Origin: Deltaproteobacteria bacterium RIFCSPHIGHO2_02_FULL_40_28
GTDB taxonomy: Bacteria > UBA10199 > 2-12-FULL-40-28
Reading direction: 5' to 3'
Length of the DNA stretch: 64,000 bases
Assembly (NCBI GenBank): GCA_001798135.1
Contig: MGRJ01000031.1
Location: forward strand, 57,589-121,588
Positions 22,217-30,454 of the stretch are shown here, piece after piece (the first letter of the stretch is position 1; each line of letters begins with the position of its first letter). The notes under the pieces are model-generated. The model ran no database searches. It was not told the origin of the DNA and saw nothing but the letters and a program-made list of their open reading frames with translations. A program made the translations under genes and the position numbers.

Positions 22217-23347
22217 CTACATCAAAATTTCCATCATTTTGGCAACACCTTTACCTTTTTCGAACTTGTATCCTAGTTTCGTAAGGGCCATTTCGATGGC
22301 CGACCAAACAGTAATCATATCCATGGCATCATAGTAGCCCAAGTGTCCGATACGGAAAATTTTACCCTTGGCATCATCCTGCCCATTGGCAATAGTCATG
22401 TTGAAATCAATTCGCAAGGTTTTTACAATTTGCCCTGTATCTATTCCAGAGGGGCCATAAATGGCAGTAACGGCTGCTGAAGGAGATTCGGGTGCATACA
22501 GCTTAAGCCCAATGGCAACTGCTGCACTACGCACAGCTTGGGCCATTTTTTCATGACGTTTAAAAATGTTTTCTAAACCTTCTTTTTTAAGATTTTGCAA
22601 AACAAGACGAAGCCCTGCTACAAGTGAAATAGCCGGGGTGTAGGCTGTTGTATTGAGAAGAATATTTTTCTTTTCGCTTTTAAAGTTAAAATAAAATTTT
22701 GGGAGATCACTTTTTTCAACCATGCCCCAAGCCTTTTGACTAAGAGCCGCAAAAGCCAAGCCCGGAGGGAGTTGAAAAGCTTTTTGAGAACCCGAAACTA
22801 AAATATCAATACCCCAACTATCCATGGGCAGGTTAACCACACCCACAGCAGTAATGCCGTCGACTACCAGTGCCGTATTGGGATAGCCCTTCACGATATC
22901 AGCAATTTGTTTTACTGGATGAGCAACTCCTGTAGAAGTTTCTGAGGCCTGCATATAAACAGCACGATAATCTTGACTCTGCAATTTTTGAGCAACAAGA
23001 TCGGCATTAACAGCCTTGCCCCATTCTACTTTGATCACATCATGTTCAATTCCATGGGCTTTTAAAATTTTCCACCAACGCTCACCAAATTTTCCACCAT
23101 CAATTACAAGAGCGTGATCTTTTTTAGAAAGAAGATTGGTAACACTCCCTTCCATAGCTCCTGTACCACTGGCGGCCAGGATTAAAACTTCTTCCTTGGT
23201 TTGAAAAATCCATTTCAATCCTTCACGAACTTCTTCGATAATTTTTTCGGCAGCGGGGGTTCTGTGATGCAAGATGGGCTTGGCCATCTCGGTTAAAACA
23301 TCCTCAGGAACGGGAGTAGGACCGGGAGCATACAATCGGTATTTCAT
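22217..23347 (-). CDS. Class V aminotransferase (AGXT/SerC-like; probably a phosphoserine or serine-pyruvate aminotransferase)
   Basis: PLP-fold motifs (GPTPVP, SGSQKAF..PPGL). It lies downstream of serA. The ORF extends to 23422 through a copy of repeat D, and the conserved start is MKYRLYAPGPT at 23347. Confidence 0.7.
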   Translation of the reverse strand: MKYRLYAPGPTPVPEDVLTEMAKPILHHRTPAAEKIIEEVREGLKWIFQTKEEVLILAASGTGAMEGSVTNLLSKKDHALVIDGGKFGERWWKILKAHGIEHDVIKVEWGKAVNADLVAQKLQSQDYRAVYMQASETSTGVAHPVKQIADIVKGYPNTALVVDGITAVGVVNLPMDSWGIDILVSGSQKAFQLPPGLAFAALSQKAWGMVEKSDLPKFYFNFKSEKKNILLNTTAYTPAISLVAGLRLVLQNLKKEGLENIFKRHEKMAQAVRSAAVAIGLKLYAPESPSAAVTAIYGPSGIDTGQIVKTLRIDFNMTIANGQDDAKGKIFRIGHLGYYDAMDMITVWSAIEMALTKLGYKFEKGKGVAKMMEILM

Positions 23348-23450
23348 AGCGAATAAAACTCCTTCTGAGTCCGCCAAAGGCGGACGAAGAACCTCAATTT
23401 GATCAATTAGATCCTTCGTCACCCTTATCAGGGTTCCTCAGGATGACATT
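23345..23450. repeat. Family D repeat (about 90 nt): TCCGCCAAAGGCGGA-GAAGAA-CTCAAT...ATCCTTCGTC-CCCTT-TCAGGG-TCCTCAGGATGACATTT
   Basis: A second copy at about 34206-34296 is roughly 85% identical by direct comparison. It contains an internal palindrome (tccgccaaaggcgga). Confidence 0.7.
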
Positions 23451-23572
23451 TCAATTAAAAACAAATTGACTATACCAAGCAAAATGCCCGCTTTATCCAG
23501 ATTCTTCAAGGATAAAGCGGGATTGCCTTATGTAGCGGGGCCAGGATTTGAACCTGGGACCTTCGGGTTATG

Positions 23573-24233
23573 CATACCATCTACAGCTTTCGCTGCTCTC
23601 GCTTAAAAAGCGAGATTTGTGGTCTGGACTTTCTCTTCACCATACTTTTTTTCAAAAGCTTAGGTGCCTGCCATTAAGTCTCTACACCTTTCCCAACCAA
23701 TCATTGAGTTGGAACTTGGCTCGGGATTACCCTTCCAACGGCTTCCCCGAGTTTGACAGGAGTTCGTACAAAAGTTTCCTTCTGTACAGCCCATTGCGAA
23801 ATTAATTCCCAAGCATCCCGAAAAGAGGAAGAATTTGGTTTTCGTTGACGCTTGTCAGTTTCGACAAAGTGAATTTCACTGCCGTAACTGATAAACACTT
23901 TAACTGGCATTACATAAAAAACATTAAGTTCTTTAATGTAGGCCAGCGCAAAGTCAAAGTCGCACTCATTGTAAACCTCACGAACCATCTGACGACGATT
24001 CGTTTTGGTTCGGCGGTTATCAACAACATAATTGCCTGATCCCTCATGGAACCAAGCCGATTTGACTTGAACCTTTATAAGAGTTCCCTGGATATCAAAA
24101 ACCAGATCATAGGACATTCTATCCCCAACTGGTTTAAGAACACCCCAGCCTCTCTTTAAGGCCTCAAGCACGGCCGCCTGCTCAGCAATATCGCCTTTGA
24201 GCTTTGTGTTCATTCGTTAACTTCGCGGTATCG
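23573..24233 (-). mobile_element. Group I-like intron (about 661 nt) in the anticodon loop of tRNA-fMet, between U33 and C34
   Basis: The 5' exon ends in U. The intron ends in G (…ATGGTATG|CAT). P/Q/S-like elements lie 3' of the ORF (UUGGGAAAGGUG, AAUGGCAGGCACC, GAAGAGAAAGUCCAGACC). The position matches the known cyanobacterial tRNA-fMet intron site. Confidence 0.55.
23701..24213 (-). CDS. Intron-encoded PD-(D/E)XK-type homing endonuclease (I-Ssp6803I-like)
   Basis: 170-aa ORF lying entirely within the intron. Candidate nuclease motif ...YDLVFD...IKVQVKS (D...D-x-n-(E/Q)VK). The only homing endonuclease known from tRNA-fMet introns belongs to the PD-(D/E)XK class. Confidence 0.45.
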   Translation of the reverse strand: MNTKLKGDIAEQAAVLEALKRGWGVLKPVGDRMSYDLVFDIQGTLIKVQVKSAWFHEGSGNYVVDNRRTKTNRRQMVREVYNECDFDFALAYIKELNVFYVMPVKVFISYGSEIHFVETDKRQRKPNSSSFRDAWELISQWAVQKETFVRTPVKLGEAVGRVIPSQVPTQ

Positions 24234-24325
24234 AGCCCGACGAGCTACCTGGCTGCTCTACCCCGCAGTCGTGGGTGGTGTATAAGGTTTTGAACTCGGT
24301 GTGTCAAGAAGGGAGTCGGGGCTTT

Positions 24326-24583
24326 TTACAAGAGCCCTTTGGCAATGTATTGCTTCATCAAGGTTTGATAAGGAATATGGAGTTCGTTGGCTTGTTCTTT
24401 AAGCCTTAAAAGCAAGTAACTAGGCAAACGAATAGAAATAGCATGAGAAGTTGGTTTCAAGTTTGGAAAAGAAACCGAGCTAAAATCGGATGAACTAAAA
24501 TATTCTGTTAAATCAATTTGAGACCAATGCTTGAGTTCTTGTTTTTTACTTTTAAATTGGGGTAATTTAATTTTCTTCTTCAT
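24326..24583 (-). CDS. brnA: BrnA antitoxin
   Basis: ISIRLPSYLLLRLKEQANELHIPYQTLMKQYI. Confidence 0.7.
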   Translation of the reverse strand: MKKKIKLPQFKSKKQELKHWSQIDLTEYFSSSDFSSVSFPNLKPTSHAISIRLPSYLLLRLKEQANELHIPYQTLMKQYIAKGLL

Positions 24584-24863
24584 AAAGACAAACCTCCTTT
24601 TTATTCAAATCACGTGCTGAAATCACACGTATTTTTGGGCCACTGATCGTAAAAACAATGAAAAGCCTTCTTTCCTTTTTTGTTTTACCAAGAAGCAAAC
24701 ATCGCTCTTCTTGGCCAGAATGGATGACATCATTTAAAATCTTTTTTTTGTGATCAAAAAAAACTTCCTCACATTCCTCATTGGTTACCTTATGCTTCAG
24801 GGTATTTTTTTCTTTATTCCCTTGATCCCATTCAAAAATGAGTGGTTCTTTAAGAACAATCAT
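24567..24863 (-). CDS. brnT: BrnT toxin (DUF497 ribonuclease)
   Basis: FEWDQGNKEKNTLKH...IRVISARDLNKKE closely matches the BrnT consensus; it overlaps brnA. Confidence 0.75.
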   Translation of the reverse strand: MIVLKEPLIFEWDQGNKEKNTLKHKVTNEECEEVFFDHKKKILNDVIHSGQEERCLLLGKTKKERRLFIVFTISGPKIRVISARDLNKKEVCLYEEEN

Positions 24864-24913
24864 GTATATACTGTATTATACATATTTTTTAAGAATGGTC
24901 AATATTAATAATT

Positions 24914-25204
24914 CTAGTTTTCTTTTTTAACCAAATAAAAAGTTTCACGATAGATATTCATTCGGGGACCAATAGCAATAATATCAAGAGTTTTATTACC
25001 CGATACCCGGTAGATAATTCTGAATTTTCCAACACGAAAACTCCATAAGCCTTCCAATTCTTCCTTCAACGCCTTACCAATTGTGGGGTTTTCAAGAATC
25101 ATTTCCAATGCAGCTCTTATTTTTCTTTTAATATCAGGATGGAGTTTTTGGATTAAATTCCTTACTGCATGAGGAAGATTGAGTTTGTATTTGTTTAAAA
25201 CCAC
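24914..25204 (-). CDS. RelE/ParE-family type II toxin
   Basis: 96 aa, ...LWSFRVGKFRIIYRV..NKTLDIIAIGPR, typical of RelE/ParE. Confidence 0.65.
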   Translation of the reverse strand: MVLNKYKLNLPHAVRNLIQKLHPDIKRKIRAALEMILENPTIGKALKEELEGLWSFRVGKFRIIYRVSGNKTLDIIAIGPRMNIYRETFYLVKKEN

Positions 25205-25211
25205 TGAGGGA

Positions 25212-25475
25212 TTATTTTAAGAAAATTTCATCAAGAGTATACAGTTTTGATTTTTTCTTTTTAAGAGCTGCCAAACCCGCCTTGATTTCCTTCATCATGG
25301 AGACATCTGAACGAATTTCCAGGGTTTCTTGCCAACTTTCGTATTCATCTGGATTAACAAGAACTGCAGCTGGCCTTCCATTTTTTGTGATAACAACAAC
25401 ATTATCGGTTTTTTTAACTGAATCAACTAAACCACTTAATTTCATTTTGGCTTCCGATAAAGATAATGTTTTCAT
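25212..25475 (-). CDS. Phd/YefM-family antitoxin
   Basis: MKTLSLSEAKMKLSGLVDSV...VVITKNGRPAAVLV, upstream of the RelE-like gene. Confidence 0.65.
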   Translation of the reverse strand: MKTLSLSEAKMKLSGLVDSVKKTDNVVVITKNGRPAAVLVNPDEYESWQETLEIRSDVSMMKEIKAGLAALKKKKSKLYTLDEIFLK

Positions 25476-25559
25476 AAAAAGACCTTAATTATGGTTGACT
25501 AGAATTATAGTCTACCTTTTCAACTGTGTCAATCTATGAAAGGAATCGGAATAATTAAG

Positions 25560-26210
25560 TTAGTGATTGTAGAAATACTCCCACAGAACAAGAATTTTTT
25601 TGACGCCACGCGTTATGGCCTTAGAGGAATAAGTAGCTCCTGTGACATTGGTGATATCTCCGTCAAGTTTTAAGGGATCGTAGGTGGACTTTTTCTCAAA
25701 CTGTTTCAGAAAGGGTTTTTCTTTAACTTCACTCCCATAAGATTCGCGATAGGCTAAAATTTCAACCATCAACACTTCCCCCTTGGGATTTAAAGTCACT
25801 AAGTACGTAATGGGTTCGGTTTTACCAAGCTCGTTATCAACCAAGGCATAACCTATAATTTTTTTACCCTGCTTAATAACCTGAAAGGGCCAATCTAGTT
25901 TTAAAATTTTAATGCCTGCTTCTTTTGCTAGCCTTGCCTTGTCTTCGGGTTTGATGGATTTTTTTTCTGGGATTATTTCACCAACAGGAAATACCTGGCG
26001 AATGGCTTCGAGAGGTTTGAGGTAGATTTCTTCGGCATGCAAATTGAAAGATGAAAAAAAGAGGACCAAAACGATCAAAATAAAGCCCGAAGGAGATTTC
26101 TTTCGGGCTCTGCGGAACTTGCAGCCCCAAAGGCTCGTCAAACAGTCCTCAATCCCTCCAGAAACCTCCTTCGGGCTTTTACATGTTTGTCTCATTTTTT
26201 TCATCATCAA
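25560..26210 (-). CDS. FMN-binding domain protein (membrane-anchored)
   Basis: C-terminal GDITNVTGATYSSKAITRGV is the FMN_bind covalent-flavin motif. A hydrophobic N-terminal anchor is present. The true start is probably downstream of the annotated Met. Confidence 0.5.
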   Translation of the reverse strand: MMMKKMRQTCKSPKEVSGGIEDCLTSLWGCKFRRARKKSPSGFILIVLVLFFSSFNLHAEEIYLKPLEAIRQVFPVGEIIPEKKSIKPEDKARLAKEAGIKILKLDWPFQVIKQGKKIIGYALVDNELGKTEPITYLVTLNPKGEVLMVEILAYRESYGSEVKEKPFLKQFEKKSTYDPLKLDGDITNVTGATYSSKAITRGVKKILVLWEYFYNH

Positions 26211-26300
26211 CTTTTATGCTGGGATAGGGACTTATTCAATAAAAAACGAATATTAGTATTTTCCTCTTGAATATATTTTACTCATGAGTAAAATATACAT

Positions 26301-27443
26301 ATGGGTAAAATAATCAGATATCTTTCTAAGCCGGTTACCAGGGATTTACGCAAAAAAATGGTTTTCATTTCAGGGCCCAGGCAAGTGGGTAAAACCACAT
26401 TTGCCCTTTCCTTTCTTAAGGGGACACAAGCCGGGCATCTGGCTTATCTTAGTTGGGATAATGTCCATGATCGGGACAAAATTAAAACAGCTGAACTTCC
26501 TAGCAAACAACCTGTTGTTATTTTTGATGAGGTTCATAAATTTGCCCGCTGGCGTAGCCTTGTTAAGGGACTTTATGATAAATACCATAACTCAACTCGA
26601 TTTATTGTTACTGGCTCGGCCAGACTTGATTACTTTAGTAAAGGGGGTGATTCCCTTTTTGGACGATATTATCATTATCGACTCCACCCCTTTTCCCTTG
26701 CAGAAATTTCAAAAAATCCAACTCTTGATCATGCCTTTCATTTACTCCAGTTTGGAGGCTTCCCTGAGCCCTATCTTTCTGCTTCTGAAATTACTCTCAA
26801 AAGGTGGCAAAAGGAGAGAAAACAAAAAATCATCTATGATGACTTGCGAGATCTTACGTTGGTTAAAGAAACCTCTCTTCTCGATCTTTTGGTTGATGCC
26901 TTGCCTGCAAGAATTGGATCGCCATTATCGATCAAAAATTTAGCTGAAGATCTTCAAGTAAATCATAAAACCATGGAGCGATGGCTATCGATTTTAGAGC
27001 GTCTTTATATCAGTTTTCGTATTGCCCCTTTTGGATCTCCAAAAATCAGGGCTGTTAAAAAAGAACAAAAGCTTTATCTTTGGGACTGGTCAGCTTGTGA
27101 AAATGAAGGAGCACGGTTTGAAAATATGGTTGCCTGCCAGCTTCTAAAATATTGCCATTTTCAAGAAGATGTTTTTGGTGATTCCATGGAACTGCGCTAT
27201 TTACGAGATACCGATAAACGAGAAGTTGATTTTGTTGTTCTAAAAAATAAAAAAGCAGTTTTTGCTGTTGAATGCCGATTAAGCGATACAAACCTTAGCC
27301 CTCATATCCACTATTTTTCTGCCCGAACAGATATTCCAAAATTTTATCAGGTTCATTTGAAAGAAAAAGATTTTGGAAATGAAACTACAATTGGACGCAG
27401 CCTTCCTTTAACTCATTTTGTCAAAGAACTAGGATTACCATAG
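26301..27443 (+). CDS. AAA-family ATPase with DUF4143 (paralog of 1595-2722)
   Basis: Walker A VFISGPRQVGKTT and conserved blocks (GSARLDY, YRLHPFS, QFGGFPEPYL, ERLYISFRIAPFGS) shared with the other copy. Confidence 0.7.
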   Translation: MGKIIRYLSKPVTRDLRKKMVFISGPRQVGKTTFALSFLKGTQAGHLAYLSWDNVHDRDKIKTAELPSKQPVVIFDEVHKFARWRSLVKGLYDKYHNSTRFIVTGSARLDYFSKGGDSLFGRYYHYRLHPFSLAEISKNPTLDHAFHLLQFGGFPEPYLSASEITLKRWQKERKQKIIYDDLRDLTLVKETSLLDLLVDALPARIGSPLSIKNLAEDLQVNHKTMERWLSILERLYISFRIAPFGSPKIRAVKKEQKLYLWDWSACENEGARFENMVACQLLKYCHFQEDVFGDSMELRYLRDTDKREVDFVVLKNKKAVFAVECRLSDTNLSPHIHYFSARTDIPKFYQVHLKEKDFGNETTIGRSLPLTHFVKELGLP

Positions 27444-27464
27444 ACCCACCCGCTTAGGTAAGAA

Positions 27465-28250
27465 CTAAAAGTAAACTCCAGCGAGTAATCTCACTTCAAT
27501 AGCTTCATGTTCAACCAGATTTCTTCCACCATTTTTGATATCAACAATTTGTGGAAGTACCGTTAAAGTACCCCAACCTTTTCCTTTTTCGTAATGAAGA
27601 TTAGGCCCAATAAAAAGCACAGAATGTTCATAATCTTCATACTCTACAAATTCGCTATGAACACGACCTTCAATTCCAACAGACCAGTTGGGACTAAGCT
27701 TGTAAGCCAAACCCAGGGTTTGTTCCAATGCAAGTTCGGTAATCGTACCGCTTGTTTCAAACTCCCATTCGTGTTCAGCAATGAGGTTTAAAGCCAAAAT
27801 CCATTTATCTCCAAAATTATGTTGGAGAATAATTTTTTCTTCAGCTTCAAATTCTTCACCCTGATAACCAAGTTCCCCATAAAGAAGAAGCCCAATGGGA
27901 TGTAAATTAGGGCTAGAAACCATGTACTTCCATTCGGAAGAAAGTCCCCTAAACTTAAAACTCTGAGCACCCGCGTTACGGGTTTCCCGAAAGTTAAGGT
28001 AAACGGCCGTTGTAAGCCTATCAGTAAGACCGGTTTCAATTTCCTCACGAAGGTCAAAGGCATAAAAATTACCCCCGGCTCGATGTCCTCTAAAGGTTAG
28101 CCACTGTTCAAATTCCCATTTTCCTTTTTCTAAAACTCCATCGGCCTCGTAGCTATAACCAAAATGCCTGGAATCGGCTAAAACCGTTTGTGGTAAAACA
28201 ACCAAGGCCAATAAGACAATCCATATAAACTTCATTATTTTAATCCTCAT
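27465..28250 (-). CDS. Outer-membrane beta-barrel protein (MetA-pathway/transporter-like)
   Basis: Signal peptide MKFIWIVLLALVVLPQTVLA, C-terminal ...LLAGVYF, amphipathic beta-strand pattern. Confidence 0.4.
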   Translation of the reverse strand: MRIKIMKFIWIVLLALVVLPQTVLADSRHFGYSYEADGVLEKGKWEFEQWLTFRGHRAGGNFYAFDLREEIETGLTDRLTTAVYLNFRETRNAGAQSFKFRGLSSEWKYMVSSPNLHPIGLLLYGELGYQGEEFEAEEKIILQHNFGDKWILALNLIAEHEWEFETSGTITELALEQTLGLAYKLSPNWSVGIEGRVHSEFVEYEDYEHSVLFIGPNLHYEKGKGWGTLTVLPQIVDIKNGGRNLVEHEAIEVRLLAGVYF

Positions 28251-28279
28251 TTCTAGTTAAATTATTATCCATCTACTCC

Positions 28280-28379
28280 GTCATCCCTGCGAAAGCAGGG
28301 ATCCATCTTAACTCCCCCTCCCCCCTCTTAACATTAAGAGGGGGTGTAGGATGGTTTCCCGCCTACGCGGGAATGACAT
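28280..28379. repeat. Composite of REP-A, a family B core and an inverted REP-A
   Basis: gtcatccctgcgaaagcagggatccatc ... ccccctcccccctcttaacattaagagggggtg ... tttcccgcctacgcgggaatgacat. Confidence 0.7.
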
Positions 28380-28576
28380 AAAATTATTGAAATTGAAAAT
28401 CATTTTCAAAATCATTTATGAAGTACGTTTTAGGGGATGGGGTAAAAATAGTCAAGGATAAATTAACCCCCGGGAAAAATAAAAAGGGCCGCCATTTCTG
28501 GCGACCCTTTACTCTACCACCCCAATGGTAGAGAGTTCGGCTTACTACCCTCCGAGCCGACTTAGTTTTGGAAAAC

Positions 28577-29749
28577 TTATGCCTCGGGTTCTACTGTCCC
28601 TTCTCCTACAATCTCATCATAATTCCACGCTAAATAACCCACGGAACCAATTAAAAAAACAGCCCCTACAATATCACCAAAGGGCAAAACTGGACTATCA
28701 GCCATGGCCATTCCACCTGATACAAGAGCTCTTCCTGCTAACCATCTCAGTGCCACTGCTGTACCAGTTACAGCTACTATTGGTACTGCATTGTCTGCAA
28801 CTACTTCGGACGTTGTTGTTAAAACTTGTCTGGCTGTTTCGACGGCCGTTGTAATTGGCACAACAAGATTAACTGGTTCAAACTTAACTACATTGGGAGC
28901 GGATGGGCCACCACTAGGACCATTACCCACACGATTACCACCAGGCGCAACTGGAGGAGCACCAGGAGGAGGTCTTGGTCCACCACGAAATAAATGTTTT
29001 ATTCTTTCTGAAATGGCTGGATAAATATCAACAAAAACTGCTGCAGCAGCAAAGATTGCAAGAGTTGCTAATGCATACTCTTTTGCTGTATCACTAAACA
29101 CTTTGGATTCAACCACCCCTAAAGCCTCATCAATTTTTTCGATATCTCCCTTGGGAATGGCATTCACTCTTCCTTTTAAATTAACATCATCACTTCCTTC
29201 ATTTCCAAAATCTTTATGAATGCGTTTAATTTCATCAATGATGGCACGAAATTCTTCTACATCTTCGGGTTTGGTAAAATCAAAGGGGGTTTGAAGATCC
29301 ATCACGCCTGTAGGATTTACTGTTACTCCATTTTCGAGAGGGAGACTCCACTGATTATCATAGGCATAACGTTCCCCTGGTTCTACACTCACAGCAGCCC
29401 TTGCTACTCTTTCACTCATGGGCCAAACTTGATTGGGGCGAACAGATGTTGCAGCGGGATCTTGTTCAGAACTTGTTAAATCTGTAAAAATAGAACGACG
29501 AATCACAGCAGGACCGGTTTCACTTAAACGACAAGCCTGATCTGTGGGTTGAATATATCCACCTATTCTTAATTGACCGTCGGAAGGCGCATTAACGTTA
29601 AAAACTTCGGGTAAAAATTCGGGATTAATGTCTGTTCTAGAAGCAAGGCCTCGTTCAGTTAAAAAATAAAGAGTGTCGTCTTTTCCCCAGGTTTTATCGA
29701 GAGATTCGGGTGTGATTCCGATAGTTGCACAAAGTGATAATTCAGCCAT
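28577..29749 (-). CDS. Hypothetical protein with a Pro/Gly-rich linker and two C-terminal transmembrane helices
   Basis: 390 aa. GPRPPPGAPPVAPGGNRVGNGPSGGPS linker. Hydrophobic C-terminal segments. GC-richer than surrounding housekeeping DNA, on the same strand as the 1228-aa gene. Confidence 0.4.
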   Translation of the reverse strand: MAELSLCATIGITPESLDKTWGKDDTLYFLTERGLASRTDINPEFLPEVFNVNAPSDGQLRIGGYIQPTDQACRLSETGPAVIRRSIFTDLTSSEQDPAATSVRPNQVWPMSERVARAAVSVEPGERYAYDNQWSLPLENGVTVNPTGVMDLQTPFDFTKPEDVEEFRAIIDEIKRIHKDFGNEGSDDVNLKGRVNAIPKGDIEKIDEALGVVESKVFSDTAKEYALATLAIFAAAAVFVDIYPAISERIKHLFRGGPRPPPGAPPVAPGGNRVGNGPSGGPSAPNVVKFEPVNLVVPITTAVETARQVLTTTSEVVADNAVPIVAVTGTAVALRWLAGRALVSGGMAMADSPVLPFGDIVGAVFLIGSVGYLAWNYDEIVGEGTVEPEA

Positions 29750-29848
29750 TGTTACCTTCCTCGGGTTTTTTTCTGTACTTTCGCCCCTCTTAGGAAGTTA
29801 TCGGCAGAAAAAAAGAAAAGTTGTGGGAAAATAAAAAGAGATGAACTT

Positions 29849-30124
29849 TTAACGATCTAAAAACCGACCCAGAGCCAGCTTAATTAAGGCCTGATAGGGC
29901 ACATCTTGTTGGCTCGCCTTGGCTTTAATTTGATTTAAAAGCCTTGTTGGCAAACGAATAGAAACCACTTGAGTAGGAGGAATTGGGGGAAGCATAAAAC
30001 CAAGATCATCTAGTTTCTTTTTTTGAGAAAGGTTGATCCATGCCGTTGTATCATGGCTGTCATAATCGGTAATTTCTTTTTTTCTAGCTCTTTTCATAAA
30101 CTCTTCTTTCTTTTTTTGACGCAT
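29849..30124 (-). CDS. brnA: BrnA antitoxin
   Basis: VVSIRLPTRLLNQIKAKASQQDVPYQALIKLAL. Confidence 0.7.
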   Translation of the reverse strand: MRQKKKEEFMKRARKKEITDYDSHDTTAWINLSQKKKLDDLGFMLPPIPPTQVVSIRLPTRLLNQIKAKASQQDVPYQALIKLALGRFLDR

Positions 30125-30368
30125 TGCGTGCTGTAATCACTCTTATTTTTCCAGAACGTACCGTAAAACCAACCATCAAAATCCTTCCTTCCATACTCTT
30201 AGCGTACATAATAAACCTTTTTTCGGAAGGAGTAGAATGCATTTGATCATCAAAAATCATTAAATGGGAATCATAAAAACAACTTTCTGCCTCCAAAATT
30301 GAAACCCCATGCTTGGCTTCATTTTTTTGGATATTCCACTGATCCCAATCAAACTTAATTATACGCAT
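30084..30368 (-). CDS. brnT: BrnT toxin
   Basis: IKFDWDQWNIQKNEAKHGVS..EAESCF...IRVITARNASKKERRVYE. Confidence 0.75.
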   Translation of the reverse strand: MRIIKFDWDQWNIQKNEAKHGVSILEAESCFYDSHLMIFDDQMHSTPSEKRFIMYAKSMEGRILMVGFTVRSGKIRVITARNASKKERRVYEKS

Positions 30369-30454
30369 AGATTAAAAAAATACAAGGCCTTTCTTGTAAT
30401 GTCAAGCACTACAAAGTTAGGAGGCAGAAAAAAATAAAAGTTGTGGGAAAATAT

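Larger units (their letters stand above)
23533..24267 (-). tRNA. Initiator-type tRNA-Met (anticodon CAT) split by an intron: 5' exon 24267..24234, 3' exon 23572..23533
   Basis: Minus-strand 5' exon TGCGGGGTAGAGCAGCCAGGTAGCTCGTCGGGCT and 3' exon CATAACCCGAAGGTCCCAGGTTCAAATCCTGGCCCCGCTA. Joined, they are colinear and near-identical to bacterial tRNA-fMet (CGCGGGGTGGAGCAGCCTGGTAGCTCGTCGGGCTCATAACCCGAAGGTCGTCGGTTCAAATCCGGCCCCCGCAACCA). There is a 1:72 mismatch and three G-C pairs in the anticodon stem. Confidence 0.75.

Noticed and set aside
23531-23700. tmRNA (ssrA) 3' end, suggested by a tRNA-like T-arm and acceptor (GGTTCAAATCCTGGCCCCGC)
   Set aside because: The upstream sequence lacks a tag-peptide reading frame ending in ...LAA-stop. 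The matching 5' tRNA half lies about 660 nt away with an anticodon stem-loop identical to tRNA-fMet. The split-tRNA-plus-intron interpretation fits better.
23548-23805. 85-aa plus-strand ORF
   Set aside because: It overlaps the tRNA 3' exon and intron core on the opposite strand and is not supported.
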